Shown here one piece after another: positions 42,556 to 53,733 of a DNA stretch of 64,000 bases. The stretch spans positions 64,001-128,000 of the forward strand of contig CAVRUC010000007.1 of NCBI GenBank assembly GCA_963724295.1, read 5' to 3'. Positions within the stretch are counted from its first letter, which is position 1. Each line of letters opens with the position of its first letter. The notes under the pieces were generated by a model, which was not told where the DNA came from, ran no database searches, and saw only the letters and a program-made list of their open reading frames with translations. The position numbers were made by a program, and so were the translations under genes. Origin of the DNA: an uncultured Chloroflexia bacterium (GTDB lineage: Bacteria > Chloroflexota > Chloroflexia > Thermomicrobiales > UBA6265).

Positions 42556-45500
42556 TCATTCAACGCGCGTGCCGGCTGGTCGCACGGCGATGCGGACCTG
42601 GTGCTCACCAACCTCAATCTGGTCCAGATACCAACCAGCTTCGGCGATGAGACCCCCCGGTCCCGCCACCGACTCCGGTTCGACCGCATCGGAGGCACCA
42701 GCCACGGAACTTCCTTCGAGCATGGTGGCCAACGTTTCAGTTCTGACATACGTGCGGTGTGCATCAATCGCCCGCGCCACTTCCGGATCGGCGACGAATC
42801 GAATCTCAATCTTGTCGTCGATCTGATATCCGGCCTGCTTGCGGGCGTCCTGAATCCCGCGCACAAAGTCACGCGCCAGGCCTTCTTCGATGAGAGCCGG
42901 CGTCAACGTCGTGTCCAGAACCAAGGTTGAGCGGGGACCCTGCGCGGCAGCGTATCCCGGCAGCCTCATCGAGTCCACGAGAATGTCGCTCGGCTCCAGT
43001 GTCACGTTGCCATCTGGCGTGTCCAGATGGATGTCACTCCCAGTTCGGACGAGGGAGGCCACGACGCCAGCATCGAGCGCGGCGAGGGCTTCACGGACCG
43101 CGTCGACCTGCTTGCCGAGGCGAGGACCAAGCGCCCGCAGATTCGGCCGGATGGTGTACGACACGTACTGCCCAGGATCCTCCATGAGTTGCAGCGACTT
43201 CACATTCAACTCGTCGAGGACCTGATCTTGAAGCCGCAGCACTGACTCGAGCATCGCCGGTTCACGGGCGTGGATTAGCAGCGCCGGCAGTGGTTGGCGC
43301 ACCTTGATAGCCGCCTCCTGGCGGGCCGCGTGGCCCGCTCCGACGACCTCCAGCACGGCATCCATGTCGCGGGCCAGGGACTCGTCGATGCGGTTGGAGT
43401 GAGATCGCGGAAAGTCAGTGAGGTGCACCGATTCCGGCGCGTTCGGGTCCACCGACCGCACCAGGTTCTGATAGATCGCCTCGGCCAGGAACGGCGTGAA
43501 TGGTGCCAGCAACCGCGCCAGCGTGGTCAGACTCTCGTAGAGGGTCTGGTAGGCGGCGGCCTTGTCGGCATCATTCTCACTTTTCCAGAAGCGCCTCCGA
43601 TTTCGCCTGATGTACCAGTTCGACAGCTCGTCGATCGTGAACCGCTCGATTGCCCGCGCCGCGCGATCCGGGGCATAGCTATCGAGCGCGTCACGGACCT
43701 CGGCGACAAGCTGGTGGAGCCGGGAAATGATCCACCGGTCCAACACCGTGCGCTCTGCGAGCGGGATCTGGTTTTCGGCAGCGTGTGGATCGAAGCGGTC
43801 GAGTGAAGCGTAGGTGGCGAAGAAGGCATAGGAGTTCCACAATGGGAGAATGAATCGACGTCGGACCTCGTCCGCGTTGTGGTAGCCAAAGTTGAGGTTG
43901 GCGTCTGGATTGGCCCGCGAGAAGAGCCATCGCATGGCGTCGACCCCGATCTCCTCGGCCGCCTCGTCAAACCAGATCGCGTTTCCTTTGCTCTTGTGCA
44001 TCTCCTCTCCCTTCTCGTCGCGCATCAGGGCGTAGGAGAAGACGTTCAGGAAGGGCGGGCGATCCACAAGAGCCGTGCTCTGCGCGATCATCGAGTAGAA
44101 CCAGTTGCGAAACTGACCGGGGAAGCTCTCGGAGATCATCTCTGCCGGGAACCACTCTTCCCAGTACTCCGGGTCGTGCCGATACCGAAGCGTCGAAAAC
44201 GGAACGATTCCGGCGTCGAGCCAGGGGTTCCCGACATCCTGCGATGCGCGAAACTGATTCCCCGCAGCGCGAGCAGGCGATTTTGACCTCGTCGATCCAG
44301 GGGCGGTGCGGGGTATGCCCGGCGAACGCCTCCCAGCCTTCGACCGCGCGATCCCTCAGCTCGGTTTCACTGCCGATCACGTCGACATTGCCACAGGCGG
44401 CGCACTCATAGATGGGAAGCGCCAGACCCCAGTAGCGCTTTTTGGAAATCATCCAGTCGTCCATGTGGGCCAGCCAGTCGAGCTCGCGATCCAGGCCGAA
44501 GCTGGGGTGCCAGGCGATCTGGCGAGTGACATCCATCATCGGCTGCCGGAGATCGTCCATGGCGATGAACCACTCGTCGACGAGCCGGAATACCAGGTCC
44601 GTGCTACAGCGCCAGCAGACCGGGTAGCGATGCCGGTACTGCTCGGCACGATAGAGCAGTCCTTTCTGCTCAAGGTTTTCAGCGATGGCCACGGCAACTT
44701 CGTGCACGTACTGTCCGGTAAGCACTCCGAATCCATCGCCGTAGACCCCGAACTCGTCGATCGGCGCGACCACGGCGAGATCGTTCTGCTTCGAAAGCGC
44801 GAAGTCTTCCTTTCCCGCGCCGGGGGCGATGTGGACGATGCCGGTACCCTCCGCCGCATCGACGTCCTCCCACCCGATGACCCGGTGGACGACGTCCTGC
44901 TGTGAATCGAGCTCATCGAACGGACCCTGGTACGGCCGGCCGATCAGGTCTACGCCCGTTAGCTCTCGGGTTACCGCGAAATCACCTCTCAGCGCAGACC
45001 GCGCGGCCTCCCGAGCAACGTAGTACGTCTTGCCGCCCTGCTCGGCGCCTACATAGACGAGGTCGGGATGAACCGCGGCGGCGACGTTGGCGGCGAGTGT
45101 CCAGGGTGTCGTCGTCCACACCAGGAGATTGGCGCCAGGCTCGTCCACGAGCGGAAACGCGACATAGGTCGCCAGGTGGGTTCGCTCCTGGTAGCCCTCG
45201 GTCACGATCTCGTGCTCGGAGATGCCCGTGCCGCACCGTGGGCACCACGGCATGACATCGTGGCCCTTGTACAACCAGCCCCGTTCATGAACGGTCTTCA
45301 GGAAATGCCAGATGGTGTAATTGTTCTCATCGGACATGGTCAGATAGGAATTGTCCCAATCCATCCAGTATCCGAGGCGAATCGACTGCTCGGTAATCCG
45401 CTCGGCAAAGGTCAACACCCGCTGCTTGCAACGCTCCACGAATTCAGCGATGCCGAACTGCTCGATGTCGCGTTTGCTCTTGAGTCCGAGCTCTTTTTCG

Positions 45501-45808
45501 ACTTCGACCTCGACCCAGAGCCCCTGACAGTCGAACCCGTTCTGGTAGCGCTGTCGCTTGCCGAGCATGGTCTGGTAGCGCTGGAAAAGATCCTTATAGG
45601 TGCGGCCCCAGGCATGATGGACGCCCATGGGGTTGTTCGCCGTGATCGGACCATCGAGAAACGAGTACCGCTCGGGGGAGGCGTCGTTGCGAGTCAGGTA
45701 CTTGTCGACGATTCGGTCGCGCTGCCACCAGGCGAGCAGCTCACGCTCCAACGCGGGAAAATCCGGACGGTTGTCAACAGTTCGAATTCCACTTTTCGTC
45801 ACGGCCAT
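42556..45808 (-). CDS. ileS: Isoleucine--tRNA ligase, type 2, frameshift ~44240
   Basis: GFDCQGL, WTTTPWT, GTGIVH.APG, DWMISKKRYWG, SNWYIRRNRRRFW; IleRS2-type C-terminus; Ile T-box upstream. Confidence 0.95.
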
Positions 45809-45853
45809 CAAACGTATCTCCCGACAAACAGTCGCGATGCCATGCGGTTCGGC

Positions 45854-46129
45854 AATAACAAAACGCCCGTCCTCAGTTCCGAGGACGAGCGAACCCGCGG
45901 TACCACCTCAGTTGCCCCCGATCACAGGGACCTCTTCCCGGCCAGATCAACGCGTGCTCGACCAAGCCGGCTTTCCGCGGTATCGGGCGGACCCGGGCGC
46001 ACCTACGCGGACACTGCCGGTTCAGGCGCCTGCTCCGGGGCGATATCCTCGAGGGTCCGGGTGACCCGGCTTCCATCGACCCGGGCTTTCTGGGCGCGGA
46101 CTGGCTCGGGCTTGGTCCCCGTCATAGCC
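45854..46129 (-). ncRNA. T-box riboswitch, Ile specifier, transcriptional
   Basis: Minus strand: ATC specifier (46042-46044), GAGGTGGTACCGCG, terminator CGCTCGTCCTC-GGAACT-GAGGACGGGCG-TTTTG. Confidence 0.88.
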
Positions 46130-46195
46130 TCTGATGAGAATAGTACTGACGTTGTTCCTCGCCAACCAACTCGCCAATCCGGCAAGCGCCGAACG

Positions 46196-46951
46196 TCAGC
46201 GACGGCGATTCAGCCAGCGGGTCTTGACACGGCGATAAATGGCCGCGAGTCCCAGGAGGTACGACGTTCCGACCAGGTACGACGCGACCACATCGGTGAA
46301 CCAGTGGTGCCCGAGATAGATGCGACTCGGGCCGACCAGCGCAACCAGCCCAACCAGGAAGGAGGTCGCGATGCGGCGAAGTCTTGCCGGCCGCACCAGG
46401 GTCTCGAGCAAAAATGCCAGGAACCCGTAGACCCCGGCGTAGATCAAAACGTGGCCGCTCGGGAACGACGTGCCGCCGAGCGGAGCCGCGATGACGCGCA
46501 CGAGCTCTGGCGTCGGGCGAGGGCGTTGCATCGATCGTTTGATCGACGCCGAAATTGCACCGGTGCCCCAGGCGAGGAGCTGGAATACCGCTTCGATTGG
46601 AAATCCGAGAGTCAGCCAGAACAGCGACAGCAGAAATGGGATGACGCGAGACTGCGGTGGGAACCCTGGCCACGAAACCACGTGCATGAGCCGGTCGAAC
46701 CAGGGTGCATTAACTCGCTGCAGCGAGCGGGTGACCTGCACGTCAAACGCGTGGCTGCGATTCCGCTTGACGAAGGCGAATAACCCGCCAAAGACGGCGA
46801 GCGTGGCCAGCCCGAAAGCGATCGCGCCACGTCCCCGGGCGAGCGCCAGGCGAGGCGGGAAGACCTGGCGCACGGTGAGACGGCCGGTCGGTGTCTCAGT
46901 GAGGACGGCCGGCTTGGGGATTCCGGATTCAGATGGCTCCGAGTTCGTCAA
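46196..46951 (-). CDS. PAP2 family membrane phosphatase
   Basis: K....RPRP, SFPSGH, SRIYLG.HW.TDV. Confidence 0.92.
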   Translation of the reverse strand: MTNSEPSESGIPKPAVLTETPTGRLTVRQVFPPRLALARGRGAIAFGLATLAVFGGLFAFVKRNRSHAFDVQVTRSLQRVNAPWFDRLMHVVSWPGFPPQSRVIPFLLSLFWLTLGFPIEAVFQLLAWGTGAISASIKRSMQRPRPTPELVRVIAAPLGGTSFPSGHVLIYAGVYGFLAFLLETLVRPARLRRIATSFLVGLVALVGPSRIYLGHHWFTDVVASYLVGTSYLLGLAAIYRRVKTRWLNRRR

Positions 46952-47053
46952 CCTAAACTCCCTACGGGTACAACTGGGACAATTGCCGCGAATCGCGCCG
47001 GATGCTGGAGAGCGGCGAAGCGAGTCTCAGTGTCCCGGACAGAGTGAACGTAG

Positions 47054-47881
47054 ATGTCACGCCTCATCCTGGAACCATATTCGACCTTCCGACCCGTCGA
47101 TCGGCGGCCGTTGTTCGTTGGCGGCATTGCCGCGATCGCGTTCGCCATATTCGTGATGGCCCCTGGCGATGTCGCCTCGAAAACTCACGTGGCGCTGCAC
47201 GGGCTCTGTGCACAGCGACCGAGTCATAGTCTACAGATTGGCGGCTCGACGCTTCCCATGGACGCCCGCATGACAGGAATCTATATCGGGGCGATGGCAA
47301 CGTTGATCTGGCTGATTGCCGCCCGCCGCCTGAGATCCGCGCGGGTTCCCTCTCGGCCCGTGCTCGCCGTTATGGCGGTGTGTGTTCTCGCGCTTGGCGT
47401 CGATGGCTTCAACGGTCTGCTCGTCGACCTTCGATTTCAGAGTCCGTACGAACCGTCGAACCTGCTGCGGTTGGCAACGGGCGTGCTGGGGGGCGCCTCG
47501 CTCGGCGTTGCTCTCGGCCATCTCTTTGCCAGCTCGATTTGGGCCAGGGTCGATCGCAGGCAGGCGGTGGTGACGCGGCCCGCGGAGCTTGTCGTGCCGA
47601 TCGGCGCCTCGTCGGCAATCTCCGCGCTCGCGCTCATGAATCTTCCCCTGTTGTACGCGCCGTTCGCAGTCGGCCTCCTGTTAGCGGCGATCGGCGTGTT
47701 TTGGGTGCTCGCAATCACCGTTCTGGCGCTCGTGACCGACCGTGGTTGGTCGTGCCGCGCCTGGGGCGATCTGGCGCCCCTGGCGCTTGCGTCATTCTTC
47801 GCCGCGATCGCGACCATCTGCGCGCTGGCATCGCTGCGGTTTGCCGCTGAGCAGCTACTCGGACTTCCCAGGTTGACATAG
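47054..47881 (+). CDS. DUF2085-like membrane protein
   Basis: LCAQRPSHS, PMDARMTGIY.G, DG.N, NLLRL.TG plus multiple TM helices. Confidence 0.75.
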   Translation: MSRLILEPYSTFRPVDRRPLFVGGIAAIAFAIFVMAPGDVASKTHVALHGLCAQRPSHSLQIGGSTLPMDARMTGIYIGAMATLIWLIAARRLRSARVPSRPVLAVMAVCVLALGVDGFNGLLVDLRFQSPYEPSNLLRLATGVLGGASLGVALGHLFASSIWARVDRRQAVVTRPAELVVPIGASSAISALALMNLPLLYAPFAVGLLLAAIGVFWVLAITVLALVTDRGWSCRAWGDLAPLALASFFAAIATICALASLRFAAEQLLGLPRLT

Positions 47882-47988
47882 CAAGACGCGGATAATGCTG
47901 TGCTAGACTCACGAAAGGCGATTTTCGTGTTGTCGATCTCCTCATGCGCGGCTGGCGTAGCCTGCACGCGTCCCCGGTGCCAGCGCAA

Positions 47989-48744
47989 ATGAAGGTCTAT
48001 CGCGACGTCGAGTACATCAAGAAGCGGAAGCGGCGAGCGACGCTCACGGCGGTCGTCGGCGTGGCGCTTCTCGGGTCGGCGTTCTGGCTGGCCTCCACGG
48101 GCGGGTCGTCAGGTGTCTTCATCGCCTACATTCCGCTCCTCGCGGGCACGATCATTTTCCACCTGGGGATGCAGCAGGTCGGTAAGTGGAATCGGGCCCA
48201 GCGTAACGATGTGATCCTGGATGTGCTGCTGAAAGATCTGGGTGAGCGCTACTCGCTGATTCATTACCCGCGGATTGGCAAGCGAACGGTCGAACACGCC
48301 CTCGTTCACCCAGGCGGAATTCTGGCCATCACCGCGCGAGAGCTTCCCGGCGGCGTGGCCTATCGCGACGGCCGCTGGCGAAAAGTCGGTCAAGGACTCA
48401 GCCGTTTTTTCGGGATGGGCGGCGCATTCCTCGGCAATCCGGCTGCTGACACCGCCGCTGACATTCAGGCTCTCGACGAGCTCCTGACTCAGGAACAGAT
48501 GTCTGTCGACGTCGACGGTGTTGTCGCATTCCTCAACCCCAAAGTGACCCTCGACGTCGTGGAGCCTGACTTCCCGGTGACGAATGCGGAGGGGCTCAAG
48601 CCGTACGTTGCCTCATTGCCAGCCGATGCTGGGCTTCAGACGGCGGACCGGCAGCGAGTCGTGGAACTCCTGACTCGGAACGGGTCCTTTGAAATCCCGC
48701 AGGCGGCACCCACGCGCCGCCCGGTGAAACGGCGAGCGGCCTGA
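47989..48744 (+). CDS. Membrane-anchored NERD-like (nuclease-related) protein
   Basis: Two N-terminal TM helices, EHALVHPGGI, GNP. Confidence 0.55.
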   Translation: MKVYRDVEYIKKRKRRATLTAVVGVALLGSAFWLASTGGSSGVFIAYIPLLAGTIIFHLGMQQVGKWNRAQRNDVILDVLLKDLGERYSLIHYPRIGKRTVEHALVHPGGILAITARELPGGVAYRDGRWRKVGQGLSRFFGMGGAFLGNPAADTAADIQALDELLTQEQMSVDVDGVVAFLNPKVTLDVVEPDFPVTNAEGLKPYVASLPADAGLQTADRQRVVELLTRNGSFEIPQAAPTRRPVKRRAA

Positions 48745-48752
48745 CGTGGGCA

Positions 48753-49839
48753 ATGCCAGGAGCAATCGCCGGAGTACCGCTCAGACAGGCCGCGACGGTT
48801 TCTGATGCCGGCTGGCCTGACTGGGTCGACCCCGCGGCCGTCGAACGGTTGCAAGAGGCAATCCGCGGCGAGCGAATCGGGCACGCGTACTTGCTGTCGG
48901 GTCCCCCGGGGGTCGGTAAGGCGGCGACGGCTCGCGCGTTCGCCCAGACGCTCTGCTGCACGGACACGGAACGTTCAGACCGGAGCGTCCCCTGTGGGGT
49001 GTGCAGGGCGTGCCGGAACGTCCAGCGCGGGGCGCACCCTGACGTCGAGACGTTCAGCCTGGACACCCAGGCCATGCTTGCAGACAAGCCTGGGCGCGCA
49101 TCGACCCTCACGATCGAAACGGTAAGGCGGCTTCGATCATCCGGAGCACTCTTTCCGCTGGAGGGCGACCGGCGCATCCTGATCGTCGACGATGCGGAGA
49201 CGCTCCTGGAACCTGCACAGCAGGCCCTGCTCAAGACGCTTGAGGAGCCTCCTCGGGGTGTGACGCTCTTCTTGCTCGCGGACGAGCCGGAGGCGCTCCT
49301 CGGCGACGGTCCGCTCTCGATGTCAAGAAATCCCGCTCCGTCCGATCGCGCAGACCGCAGTGGCTGAAGCGCTCCTGCGCCGGGGGGTGGCCGACGCACT
49401 GGCGACGGAAGTTGCAACGCTGAGCAGGGGCTGCGCTGGTTGGGCGCTAGCGGCTGTCGCGGACAAAAAGGTGCTGGAGGACCGGCGCGAAGAACGAGCC
49501 TCCGCGGCCCGGTGGATCGCTTCGCCTCGTTATGAGCAGTTGGTCACCGCGTTTACGCTTGGCGAGCAGTTCACCAAGCGCCGCGCCGAGGTGATAGGAG
49601 TCGTCCAGGCCGCGATCCAACTGCTGCGCGACGAAATGATCGCGGCGGCGCAGGCCGCCAGCGGGCCCAATGAGGATCGCCAGGAATCCTCCAGCATGGC
49701 GCGATCGACGATGTCGTTAAGTCGAGCAATCGTCGCGGCGCTGCAGTGCCTTTCGGATCTCGACTCGAATGTGCGGCCACGATTGGCCCTCGAAGCGATG
49801 GTGGTGGCATGGCCGAATTCGGAGCCGCGAGACCGTTAG
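48753..49839 (+). CDS. holB: DNA polymerase III delta-prime subunit, frameshift ~49300
   Basis: HAYLLSGPPGVGK, CGVCRAC, HPD, ALLKTLEEPP; ends SNVRPRLALE. Confidence 0.9.
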
Positions 49840-50975
49840 CTGGGCCCTGGACGCCGCCGGCGTCTGTGGAGGAGGCCCGCGCGCGGGCCCGCGAGCGCTT
49901 CAAAAGCCGGCTCGAAACGGGCCAGCAGATCGGCGAATGCGGCTGCGGCGACGGTGACCCGGTCCTCGGGCTCGACGACACCTCGCCTGCTGAGTGCGTG
50001 GTCGGCGTGCGATTTCGGGATTCCGGGCGTATCTACTACTTCCGGCCCGACCGGGATGATCTCGTTGTTGGCGATTGGGTCGTGGTGCCCACCGCACGCG
50101 GAGAAGAGGCCGCTCGCGTCGTGCTGGCCCCGCATCAGGTTCGCCGGGCCCAGCTCCAGGGCGACCTCAGCAGCGTCTCGAGGCGACTGAGCGATGACGA
50201 CGTGCGGCGCATGGAGGCCCAACGGCGAAAAGGGCCGGAGGCCATCAAGGCCTTCCGCGACATTGCTCGCGCGCGTCGGTTGGGCATCAAGCCGATTGCC
50301 GCCGACTACGGCTTTGACGGGTCGACAGTCACCCTGAACTATTCGGTTCACGACCGCGAGCGAGCACCGGAACCAGGCGCCCTGCGCGAACTGACCCGTG
50401 AAGCGGCAAGTGCACTTGGCTGCCGCGTTGAGCTGAGACAGGTTGGTCCCCGCGACGAAGCGCGACTACTGGGCGGTTTGGGCCGGTGCGGAAGAACGCT
50501 TTGTTGCTCGTCCTGGCTGCCGGTATTCCCCGAGATTTCAATGAACATGGCAAAGAACCAGGATCTTCCATTGAATCCGGCGAAAGTATCGGGAGTTTGC
50601 GGGCGCTTGCTCTGTTGTCTTTCGTATGAAAACGACCAGTACCGGCAAATGAAAGCCGTGATGCCGAAACTTGGTCAGGCGATCGAAACACCCGGTGGTA
50701 TGGGCCAGGTCATCTCCATGCAGCTCCTCAAGGAACTGGTGACCGTTCGACTGGACGAAGACGCGGGTGAGGTTACGTTTCGCTGCGATGAGCTGGGACT
50801 CGCGGGCGCGACACACCAGCCGAGCGTAGTGCAGGAAGTAGCGAAGCCGGTCCCGGCTCCACTTGAAGAAACCCAGGAAGACCTCGTTCCGCCCGCCGCC
50901 GATGAAGAGCTCGCGCCGGCAGCGGGGCGCCGCCGGCGCCGCCGGCGCGGACGTCGCCCGGGCGCGACAGGCTAG
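49809..50975 (+). CDS. ricT: PSP1/RicT (YaaT) Fe-S regulatory protein
   Basis: ELRQVGPRDEA, CGRTLCC, KVSGVCGRLLCCLSYE; follows holB. Confidence 0.88.
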   Translation: MAEFGAARPLAGPWTPPASVEEARARARERFKSRLETGQQIGECGCGDGDPVLGLDDTSPAECVVGVRFRDSGRIYYFRPDRDDLVVGDWVVVPTARGEEAARVVLAPHQVRRAQLQGDLSSVSRRLSDDDVRRMEAQRRKGPEAIKAFRDIARARRLGIKPIAADYGFDGSTVTLNYSVHDRERAPEPGALRELTREAASALGCRVELRQVGPRDEARLLGGLGRCGRTLCCSSWLPVFPEISMNMAKNQDLPLNPAKVSGVCGRLLCCLSYENDQYRQMKAVMPKLGQAIETPGGMGQVISMQLLKELVTVRLDEDAGEVTFRCDELGLAGATHQPSVVQEVAKPVPAPLEETQEDLVPPAADEELAPAAGRRRRRRRGRRPGATG

Positions 50976-51009
50976 TCTCCGAGATTCGAGCAGCGAAAGC
51001 GGGGCTGAT

Positions 51010-51307
51010 TTGGCGCTCTATCTGGTCGTCCACGCTCCGAGCGAACGTGAGGTCGAATCAGTGCGGCCGCCGACCCGGCTCAGGGATCTTGCCGAGGCTT
51101 CGATAAGTAGCAGTGGGTCTGCGCGGTGGTTGAAAACCTGGTCCCCTGATCTTCACGATGATCGAATCTTCACCCTCTGGGATGCCGAGAACGCGGATGA
51201 GGTGCGGGCCGCACTTAGCCGAGTTTGGTTTTCTGGACGACATGGATGCCACCCCACTCCGGGTTCGCGAGTGGGGACCGGAGGACGTCCTCGCCGCGCC
51301 AGAATAG
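51010..51307 (+). CDS. Small hypothetical protein, possibly dimeric alpha/beta barrel (DUF4242-like), frameshift ~51220
   Basis: LYLVVH...WLKTWSPD...IFTLWDAENADEV; removing one base gives ...EFGFLDDMDATPLRVREWGPEDVLAAPE-stop. Confidence 0.55.
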
Positions 51308-51416
51308 GAATTCCGGCGCTACCGCTTGGGGCGCGACTGATCGCCAGTGCTAGAATCGGAACGGCGGCGCGAGGCGTCGCGCTGCTTTCTGCGTCGCTCA
51401 ACCAGGGACGGAACTG

Positions 51417-53711
51417 ATGCCTGAAACTCGTGCCGTCGGCCAGCGCGTGCGACGGATCGATAGCCCGCCGAAGCTGACCGGCCAAGAGCGATTTACCGGC
51501 GATTTGCGCGTCCCCGGCATGCTCGTCGCGCGGCCGGTAACAAGTCCGTACGCGCACGCCCGTATCCGAAGCATCGACGCGTCGCGCGCTCTGGAGATTC
51601 CGGGCGTCGTTCGGGTCCTGTCTTCTGATGACTTGCCGATTGCTCGTGATAGCGCCGGTGCGCCGGTCAAGGCGCCGATCGCGTCAGGCGAAGCCGTGTA
51701 TGCCGGTCAGTTCGTCGCGCTCGTCCTGGCCGAGTCAGACGCTGCCGCCCAGGACGGGGTGGCCGCGGTCGACGTCGACTACGAGCCGCTGCCGGTGATC
51801 ACCACGCTGGATGAGGCCCTCGACCCGTCGTCGCCGCACATCCGCGAGACTCGCCAACAAGCGAACGACGAAGAAGCGGCCATGCACAACGCCGATGCGG
51901 CCACACAGGCCGAGGAGAACGACGAGCTCGCCGCCGCTGCCAACGTTTCTGGCTCGGTCCATTTCGCGAGGGGAGATGTCGCTGCCGGCTTCGCTGCCGC
52001 GGACGCCATCGTCGAGTTCACCGTCGAATCTCTGACCGTGCACCAGGGCTACCTGGAGCCCCAGGTCTGTCTGGTGGACATCGAGCCGCTCGGGGACCTC
52101 ACGGTCTATACCAGCACGCAGGCCGCGTTCTATTGCCGGACGCGCGTTGCCGAGACGGTCAATCTTCCGACGCAACGGATCAACGTGGTTCCGATGCCGG
52201 TCGGCGGAGGGTTTGGCGGCAAGTTCGTGCTGATCGAGCCGATGGTCGCCGCTGTCGCGCTTGCGGTTGGCCGCCCGGTCTTGCTGCACTACTCGCGCAT
52301 GGACGACTTCCTGGCCGGCAATCCGGCGCCGGACTGCCGGATCTCGGTGAAGTTGGGAGCAACGAAAGCTGGAGATATCACGGCGCTGGAATCGCGCCTG
52401 GTCTTCGACACCGGATCGAGTGGCGGGTCGCCGTTGCAGATCGCGGCGATCCTGCTTGGAGGCTACTACCGGTTCCCGAACCTGGAGATTCGCGGCCACG
52501 AAGTCCTGACCAACAAGCCCGGGGCCGGCGCGTACCGGGCGCCGGGTGCACAGCAGGCGACGTTCGCCATCGAGTCCGCGGTCGACGAGTTGGCCCGGAA
52601 GCTCGACCTCGACCCGCTCGAGTTTCGATTGCGCAACTGCGCGGTCGAAGGTGACGAGCGGCCGAACGGTGGCGCCTGGCCGCGCATCGGGTTGAAAGAG
52701 TGCCTACTGGCACTGCGGGAGCACCCCGCCTGGCAAAACCGGGATGCCGCGCGGGCGCAGGGACGAGGCGTCGGCATCGCGGTTGGTGGCTGGCCAGGCG
52801 GCATCGAGCCGGCGACGGCTGTCTGTCGACTCGACTCCAATGGCAAGCTGACCGTCGTGCTGGGGTCGGTCGATCTGACAGGCACGAACACCACATTTGC
52901 TCAGATCGCGGCCGAGACTTTCGGCATGAGCGCGGAGGAGATCGAGGTCAACACGGCCGCGACCGACGCGGCGCCTTTCGCCGGCGGCACTGGCGGCTCG
53001 AAGATCACCTACACGGTGGGTATGGCGGTGCAGCGCGCCGCGGAAGACGCGCGGCGGCAGATCCTGGCGGTCGCCTCCGAGGCACTCGAGGCCTCGGTCG
53101 AAGACCTCGAGATTGCTGACGGCATGGTTCAGGTCCGTGGTGTCCCCGGGTCTGGGGTCTCGCTCAAGGACATCGCCAGCCGCACGATGGGTTTTGCCGC
53201 TCGGAACGAGCCGGTGTACGGGACCGGGTCGACGGCCATTCGGGAGAGTGCGCCGGGCTTTGCCGCTCATCTGGTTGAAGTCGAGATCGACGAGGTCACG
53301 GGCGAGACGCGGCCGGTGCGCTATGTAGCGGTCCAGGACGTTGGATTCGCCATCAATCCGGCGGAGGTCGAGGCGCAAATCCACGGCGGAGTTGCGCAAG
53401 GCCTCGGCTGGGCCCTCTACGAAGGCATGGTCTACGACAGTGACGGACAGCTCCTGACGGCAACGCTGATGGACTACGCGCTGCCGCGGGCCGAGATGGT
53501 GCCCCCGATCGAAACAGTCCTGGTCGAAGTGCCAGCGGAGCATGGCGCCTACGGCGCCAAGGGAATCGGCGAACCGCCAGCGATCCCGGGCGCCGCGACC
53601 GTGGCGAACGCGATCCGTGATGTGACCGGGCGCCGCATTCTCAGCATTCCAATCAGACCGGAAACGGTGGCCATGGCGCTGTCGGAACCGTCCTCGATGG
53701 CGGCTGACTGA
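51417..53711 (+). CDS. Xanthine dehydrogenase family molybdopterin-binding subunit
   Basis: SPYAHARI, HQGYLEP, VGGGFGGK, AYRAPG, QIHGG..QG.G, AKGIGEP. Confidence 0.92.
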   Translation: MPETRAVGQRVRRIDSPPKLTGQERFTGDLRVPGMLVARPVTSPYAHARIRSIDASRALEIPGVVRVLSSDDLPIARDSAGAPVKAPIASGEAVYAGQFVALVLAESDAAAQDGVAAVDVDYEPLPVITTLDEALDPSSPHIRETRQQANDEEAAMHNADAATQAEENDELAAAANVSGSVHFARGDVAAGFAAADAIVEFTVESLTVHQGYLEPQVCLVDIEPLGDLTVYTSTQAAFYCRTRVAETVNLPTQRINVVPMPVGGGFGGKFVLIEPMVAAVALAVGRPVLLHYSRMDDFLAGNPAPDCRISVKLGATKAGDITALESRLVFDTGSSGGSPLQIAAILLGGYYRFPNLEIRGHEVLTNKPGAGAYRAPGAQQATFAIESAVDELARKLDLDPLEFRLRNCAVEGDERPNGGAWPRIGLKECLLALREHPAWQNRDAARAQGRGVGIAVGGWPGGIEPATAVCRLDSNGKLTVVLGSVDLTGTNTTFAQIAAETFGMSAEEIEVNTAATDAAPFAGGTGGSKITYTVGMAVQRAAEDARRQILAVASEALEASVEDLEIADGMVQVRGVPGSGVSLKDIASRTMGFAARNEPVYGTGSTAIRESAPGFAAHLVEVEIDEVTGETRPVRYVAVQDVGFAINPAEVEAQIHGGVAQGLGWALYEGMVYDSDGQLLTATLMDYALPRAEMVPPIETVLVEVPAEHGAYGAKGIGEPPAIPGAATVANAIRDVTGRRILSIPIRPETVAMALSEPSSMAAD

Positions 53712-53733
53712 TGCGGCGACGAGCTCTTCAATC

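Noticed and set aside
51307..51417. Moco riboswitch before the Mo-enzyme gene
   Set aside because: The leader after the TGCTAGAAT extended -10 box is too short and shows no recognisable Moco-motif structure.
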